Source: a virus
Lineage: Duplodnaviria; Caudoviricetes
Length of the DNA stretch: 30,349 nt
Virus record (IMG/VR): IMGVR_UViG_3300020045_020772
Coordinates: 1 to 30,349 of that record
Strand: one strand, 5' to 3'
Numbering within the stretch: the first letter of the stretch is position 1; each line of letters begins with the position of its first letter. Under the pieces are notes generated by a model. It was not told where the DNA came from, did no database searches, and saw nothing but the letters and a program-made list of their open reading frames with translations. Positions 26,015-30,349 of the stretch are shown piece by piece. A program made the position numbers and the translations under genes.

Positions 26015-26440
26015 ATGAAAAATATAATCTTTTTCTTCATCGCATTCTTTCTGCTTATTTCGGCCAGTGCACAAACAATTACTTACCTGAAAGTGGCCGA
26101 TAAGGTTGAATACAATACCAAGTATCTGCCTTACTGCAATGCTTCTATTTCTATCCCAGTTGAACAGGTTGGCAAATTTACCGTGCTGATGGTGAATGGA
26201 CAATACACCGACTCGATTGGCAATTATGCAGCCAAATTACCATTAGTAATTACCTGGTATCCGGTTGGAACAAAAGCAATGAGCTTTGAGCCTAATCAGC
26301 AAATGATCATTGTCAGGTACGAAGTGATGGTTAGGCGAAGAAATCCATCGATCGACGATTTTTACAAGAACTGGAAGACCGGAAACATTCAGGCCGGTTT
26401 AATCGATTCGAAAAGCGGGATATACAATTTTATTATTTAA
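26015..26440 (+). CDS. Secreted hypothetical protein in the lysis cassette
   Basis: Signal peptide MKNIIFFFIAFFLLISASA-Q; start moved from 25991. Confidence 0.7.
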   Translation: MKNIIFFFIAFFLLISASAQTITYLKVADKVEYNTKYLPYCNASISIPVEQVGKFTVLMVNGQYTDSIGNYAAKLPLVITWYPVGTKAMSFEPNQQMIIVRYEVMVRRRNPSIDDFYKNWKTGNIQAGLIDSKSGIYNFII

Positions 26441-26458
26441 CCAATTAATACCTGTAAA

Positions 26459-26995
26459 ATGTCAAATTTCATAGAAGCATTCCGGAAAACAATTGAAAAC
26501 GAAGGTGGCTACACGAACGATCCAGATGATCCGGGTGGCGAAACCTTCAAAGGCATTGCCCGCAAGATGAACAGCAAATGGGAAGGATGGGTAACCATCG
26601 ACATGCTGAAGCGTCAATCAGGATTTCCGGCCAGTGCCGATCGTGATCCGGAACTTCGCGAACAAGTTGGCATGTTCTACCTGAACAGTTATTGGAATAA
26701 AATTGGTGGCGACGACATACAGAACCAGCAAATCGCTGAATCTGTTTTCGATTTTGCAGTTAATGCAGGAGTTTGTACCAGCTCAGCATTGTCGCAAATG
26801 GTTGTTGGCGTAAAATCAGATGGAGTGATTGGTCCTGATTCGCTAACGGCAATTAATGCTTTTGATCCGGAGCATTTCCTTGCAGCATTCACCGTTGCTA
26901 AAATTGCTCGTTACGTGCATATTATTAAGAAACGACCGACCAGCCGTAAGTATTTCTATGGATGGGTGATCAGGGCATTAGGAGAAACCGTTTAA
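26459..26995 (+). CDS. Endolysin, glycoside hydrolase family 108 with PG-binding domain
   Basis: EGGYTNDPDDPGGETFKGI motif; FDFAVNAG; DGVIGP; FYGWV.R. Confidence 0.92.
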   Translation: MSNFIEAFRKTIENEGGYTNDPDDPGGETFKGIARKMNSKWEGWVTIDMLKRQSGFPASADRDPELREQVGMFYLNSYWNKIGGDDIQNQQIAESVFDFAVNAGVCTSSALSQMVVGVKSDGVIGPDSLTAINAFDPEHFLAAFTVAKIARYVHIIKKRPTSRKYFYGWVIRALGETV

Positions 26996-27005
26996 ATCAA
27001 GAATC

Positions 27006-27488
27006 ATGAGCTTTATAACAGATTTATTCTCAGGAGGAGCCAATACGCTGATCGATTCAGTTGGCAAAGTGCTCGATAATGTGATCACGACGAAGGAAGA
27101 AAAGCAGCAACTCGACAATGAGATGCTGAAGTCTGAAATGCAGTACCAGCTTGAAATGAAAAAGCTGAATAACGAAGAACGACAACTGATACTTGGCGAT
27201 ATGAGCAATGCAAGAAACCGCGAGATACAGGTATTAAATGCTCCAAATGCAAGCTGGTGGACTAAAAACACCCAGCATGTCCTCGCTTTTGGCACAGTCA
27301 TTATCACTTTGATGTTTTTTTATATACTGGTATTCAATCCAAAAAGCCTTTCTCCGGAAAGCCGCGACATTGTTCTCTACATCCTCGGAATTCTCAGCGC
27401 TATTCTGACACAGATTTACAGTTATTACTTCGGATCCAGCGCCGGAAGTCAGGCGAAAGACAGAACTATATCATCACTTAAAGGATAA
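27006..27488 (+). CDS. Second holin-like membrane protein (3TM-holin-like)
   Basis: N-terminal amphipathic and coiled segment, two C-terminal TM helices, YYFGSSAGS.AKD motif. Confidence 0.65.
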   Translation: MSFITDLFSGGANTLIDSVGKVLDNVITTKEEKQQLDNEMLKSEMQYQLEMKKLNNEERQLILGDMSNARNREIQVLNAPNASWWTKNTQHVLAFGTVIITLMFFYILVFNPKSLSPESRDIVLYILGILSAILTQIYSYYFGSSAGSQAKDRTISSLKG

Positions 27489-27492
27489 TATC

Positions 27493-27729
27493 ATGGAAAA
27501 TCAACTTACATTTTGGCAAATATGGCTGATCGTTTTCGGGTTCGGCTATCTGGTGAACCACAAAACAAAAGAGATCCATCGTATCAACGATAAACATCAC
27601 AATTGTCAGCTTGATCTGATCTCGAAAAAGACAAGTGAATATGTCACCCGCCGCACCGCAAAGCGCCTGATTAAAACCAGAGGGTACAACGGCTGCCGGT
27701 GGTGCTGGGATGAACAGGATAAAGGATAA
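27493..27729 (+). CDS. Small hypothetical protein with His/Cys putative metal-binding motif
   Basis: Hydrophobic N-terminus; EIH...C...GYNGCRWC. Confidence 0.65.
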   Translation: MENQLTFWQIWLIVFGFGYLVNHKTKEIHRINDKHHNCQLDLISKKTSEYVTRRTAKRLIKTRGYNGCRWCWDEQDKG

Positions 27730-27740
27730 AGAATTGGTTT

Positions 27741-28958
27741 TTAGTTTAGGTGGATTTTAGGTTTGGCCTCCGATATGTGAATTATATCGGGGGTTTTTGC
27801 CTTAAATAAGTTCTCGGAGAAGTTCTTCATCTCTTCTACAATCATCCCATCGGTAATATGCACATAGATCATCGTTTGCGAAATATCGCTATGTCCAAGC
27901 ATCCGCTGCAGGGCAACCACATCCTTCGTTTTATTCAGCCAGATAGTTGCAAATGTATGCCTGGCACAATGCAGGCTTATGTCTTTATAAATTTTATCTG
28001 CCTGAATAATGAGCTTAATCTTTTCGTTCATTTTAGCCTCGCTCATACAGTTGAATAACGGTCCTGTTTTCGATCCTTCGTCAGTAATTAATCGTTTTGC
28101 CCAGTAATTTAAAGGAATTTTAACCGCCTGTCGCTTTGAGTTTCTGGTTTTGAGTGGAAAAAAGACCAGCTTATCGCCAACAACATTGTCAATAGTAATG
28201 GTTTTTAAATCTGATATCCGAAGTCCGGTAAAGCACATAAATAAGAAGTGCCTTAAAACCCGCTGATTCCCTTCATTATGCCATCCTTTGATATATCTCA
28301 GCCACAATGCTTCAAGTTCTCGTTCAACGAGAAATAACCGCTCAGTATCGGCATGCCTGATGGCGTATGAATCGAAGGGAGATTCACTGATCACTCCTTT
28401 GCGCTTTGCAATGTTGACGTATGTTTTGAAATTTTTAAGTGCCGTGTAAATTGTATTGATATCATTACCTTTTTTGATTTTTAGCCACCGCCGGTACTGC
28501 TCAATCAGCTCGTGATCAATCTCAGTAAACGAAAGTTTGGGCTTAAACTCTTTCAGTTTAGCAATGCTCGATTTATGCTGAGAAATAGTCGACGCTTCAA
28601 TGTCGTTTTTACGCTCTTTAATGGCCTCTTCAAAGAATGCATAGAAATCTATTCTTCTGGCTGGGTTCTTCCACTCACGCTTCAGTAAGTCTGGTGTGAT
28701 CTCAATATTCTGCAATCGGTATCTCACGAATATGTCGTTTAGCGATGCCACACACCGATCGATGATCAGGTTGTCATCCTTAACTTTCTTTGATGCACCC
28801 TTGATTCGGTTATTCTCAGGATCGAATTTATCAGGTAAACAACCGACTCCGGTAAAAAAGAAAAGCTTTTTGTAATTGAGGTTAACGGTTATGAAGATAC
28901 TGGCTTCGCCATTTTTCTTCACTTTTTTAGGATCGAGGTAAACTTTAATATTTGCCAT
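27741..28958 (-). CDS. int: Phage integrase (tyrosine recombinase with arm-binding domain)
   Basis: N-terminal Bacteroidetes arm-DNA-binding pattern (KKNGEASIFITV...TGV), TGLRISD, HCARHTFAT, LGHS, TMIY. Confidence 0.95.
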   Translation of the reverse strand: MANIKVYLDPKKVKKNGEASIFITVNLNYKKLFFFTGVGCLPDKFDPENNRIKGASKKVKDDNLIIDRCVASLNDIFVRYRLQNIEITPDLLKREWKNPARRIDFYAFFEEAIKERKNDIEASTISQHKSSIAKLKEFKPKLSFTEIDHELIEQYRRWLKIKKGNDINTIYTALKNFKTYVNIAKRKGVISESPFDSYAIRHADTERLFLVERELEALWLRYIKGWHNEGNQRVLRHFLFMCFTGLRISDLKTITIDNVVGDKLVFFPLKTRNSKRQAVKIPLNYWAKRLITDEGSKTGPLFNCMSEAKMNEKIKLIIQADKIYKDISLHCARHTFATIWLNKTKDVVALQRMLGHSDISQTMIYVHITDGMIVEEMKNFSENLFKAKTPDIIHISEAKPKIHLN

Positions 28959-28963
28959 TTTGG

Positions 28964-29196
28964 ACTACGAATTATCTACGAACGTTTAATAACTACATTT
29001 CAACTACGAGATTTCATTGAAATAACCGAAACTGTAAAACGCTAAGAATGCCGCCAATAAAGGAATTGACAGCATTCTTATTCATATAATTCGCAAAGAC
29101 GTGACCCCGGTAAGACTGCCCTGTTTTCATCACAACGAATTATTTTTCAGCTGATTACAGATCAATAAAAAATGAACTAACTACGAATTAACTACG
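28964..29196. other. Putative attP: arm-type repeats flanking a tRNA-3'-end-like core
   Basis: Tandem CTACG-type repeats with 11-nt period at 28964-28983, 28991-29010 and 29179-29196; candidate core GTGACCCCGGTAAGA 29101-29115; hairpin 29043-29080. Confidence 0.65.
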
Positions 29197-29217
29197 CGGA
29201 CCTTCTGAATTTGAAGA

Positions 29218-29412
29218 CTATTGTTGAGATGGAAATAGTCCGTAAAGCATTACTGACTGGCAAATGAGCTGCTGATCGTCTCCTTTATCATCTTTTTGTA
29301 TAAATACGAATGGAGAACCTAGCGGTATATATCCATTTTTAATAGATTCATTAACAAGACTTTCAACTTCAGTCCAACTTTCGTCGCATACGAGTTTGTA
29401 ATTTTGTGCCAT
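29218..29412 (-). CDS. DUF1737-like small protein
   Basis: Y.LV......E..VNE.I..GY.P.GSP....CQSV pattern. Confidence 0.7.
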   Translation of the reverse strand: MAQNYKLVCDESWTEVESLVNESIKNGYIPLGSPFVFIQKDDKGDDQQLICQSVMLYGLFPSQQ

Positions 29413-29514
29413 TTCAATTAAGTTAAAAAAAGTTAAACCACCTTAACTACCGTAACAATTTCGCCATCATACCATACCAATCCACACATTGTAATTATCG
29501 CCAAACCACTCGAC

Positions 29515-29913
29515 TTATCCCGCTTGTGCACTATTCTGAGTTGCACCTTCTCTTTTTTCGCTGGCACCTTCAAAACGTGTTATTTTTTCTTCCTGTAGTA
29601 AGTTGATTTTTTCTAACAATTTAACCTTATCACGTAGCGCTTCACAATCACGGCATGGTTCCGGATCTTCAACTATTTGTTGTTTTTCATTAATCGGTTT
29701 ATGGTGCTTTAGCTCTACTTCTTCCCTATCAAAAAAATAAGAGATTGGTTTTTCGAAAAAATCAGCAATTTTCTCAAGATCATTAGGAGTAATATTATTT
29801 CTTTCCAGCCGTGACCTTAACGTACTATCGGCTATTCCCATAAAATCAGCCAACTTTCGATACGGTGTTCGATCAAAATTGATACAAGATTCTATTTTGT
29901 TATAATTCAGCAT
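29515..29913 (-). CDS. XRE-family HTH repressor (cI-like)
   Basis: YRKLADFMGIADSTLRSRL HTH, LEKIADFFEKPISYFFD, C-terminal coiled coil; co-oriented with the integrase. Confidence 0.85.
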   Translation of the reverse strand: MLNYNKIESCINFDRTPYRKLADFMGIADSTLRSRLERNNITPNDLEKIADFFEKPISYFFDREEVELKHHKPINEKQQIVEDPEPCRDCEALRDKVKLLEKINLLQEEKITRFEGASEKREGATQNSAQAG

Positions 29914-29937
29914 TTTATATTTATAATCATTATAAAT

Positions 29938-29996
29938 AAGCGATTACTTGCGTTTTATTTGAGCAATATCTTGCTCATGTGCGCAATACTTCGTAA
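29938..29996. promoter_or_regulatory. Putative operator array in the lysis-lysogeny switch
   Basis: Palindrome TGAGCAA-TATC-TTGCTCA (29960-29977) flanked by degenerate copies AAGCGA-TTAC-TTGCGT and GCGCAA-TACT-TCGTAA. Confidence 0.6.
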
Positions 29997-30030
29997 AATT
30001 GTATCAGAAAGTTAATAAAAAACTAATAAA

Positions 30031-30213
30031 ATGAAAACAGTAAATAGGATGAAACTTCTGGCGCAGAAAAACGACTCAAACGTGAACGCCTCTGTACCAA
30101 TTGAATTGAAAAAAATGGTTGTTGAGCAATCAGAAAGCGACAATATGAATGTGTCGCAGTTTATAAAAATGGCTTTGATTGAAAAGTTAGAGCGAGATAT
30201 TCAGGTCCAGTAA
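30031..30213 (+). CDS. Ribbon-helix-helix protein in the Cro position
   Basis: NVNASVPIELKKMV...NMNVSQFIKMALIEKL RHH pattern; divergent from the repressor. Confidence 0.7.
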   Translation: MKTVNRMKLLAQKNDSNVNASVPIELKKMVVEQSESDNMNVSQFIKMALIEKLERDIQVQ

Positions 30214-30219
30214 AAAAAC

Positions 30220-30259
30220 AAACCCGCTTAAAATCTTGGAGAGGACTTCCGGCGGGTTT
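30220..30259 (+). other. Hairpin (attenuator/terminator-like) after the Cro-position gene
   Basis: AAACCCGC...GGAG-AGGAC-TTCC-GGCGGGTTT. Confidence 0.55.
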
Positions 30260-30276
30260 ATAAATCAATAAATGAT

Positions 30277-30349
30277 ATGGCAAAATTAGTATTTAATCCG
30301 AGAATGCAGCGAGTACCAGCTGGCCTTATTACAGGCATCGAAGCTTTTT
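30277..30349 (+). CDS. 5' end of an early gene, cut by the window edge
   Basis: MAKLVFNPRMQRVPAGLITGIEAF open to the end; A-rich upstream region. Confidence 0.5.
   Translation, partial: MAKLVFNPRMQRVPAGLITGIEAF

Noticed and set aside
29040-29130. Complete tRNA gene near the integrase
   Set aside because: Only a ~15-nt 3'-end-like stretch is present; no T-loop GTTCGA or cloverleaf.
28964-29196. CRISPR-like or iteron array
   Set aside because: Repeats are short, paired and lack regular unique spacers; they fit integrase arm sites better.
29433-29573. Possible ~46-aa minus-strand ORF overlapping the repressor 3' end (…IITMCGLVWYDGEIVTVVKVV)
   Set aside because: Needs a TTG/GTG start inside the repressor gene or is only 18 aa from ATG; no independent support.

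Overview
The window holds most of the late (virion and lysis), integration and immunity regions of a temperate tailed phage, very likely of a Bacteroidota host (TAnnTTTG-type promoters, Bacteroidetes-type integrases, DUF4468 and Fib_succ_major domains). From 5809 onward the order is colinear: 102-aa gene, portal, adaptor/neck genes, accessory cassette (structured RNA, DUF4468, RHH, KilA-N), tape-measure-like gene, tail/receptor-binding genes, a second tyrosine recombinase with an internal stop, lysis genes, integrase, an apparently intact attP, XRE repressor and a divergent RHH gene. Positions 1-5808 are a diverged sister copy of the portal-to-tape-measure module, joined by two fold-back junctions (likely an amplification/assembly chimera). 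Comparing the two copies exposes conserved RNA structures and a swappable cassette. The strongest signals are a fixed-spacing promoter-like motif (TGTCCTTT-N20-KAnnTTYG) before the late operons, a C4/CI-like structured RNA with candidate cis and trans targets, and a structured leader RNA on the arm-less recombinase. Product calls come from motif recognition only; no searches were run.
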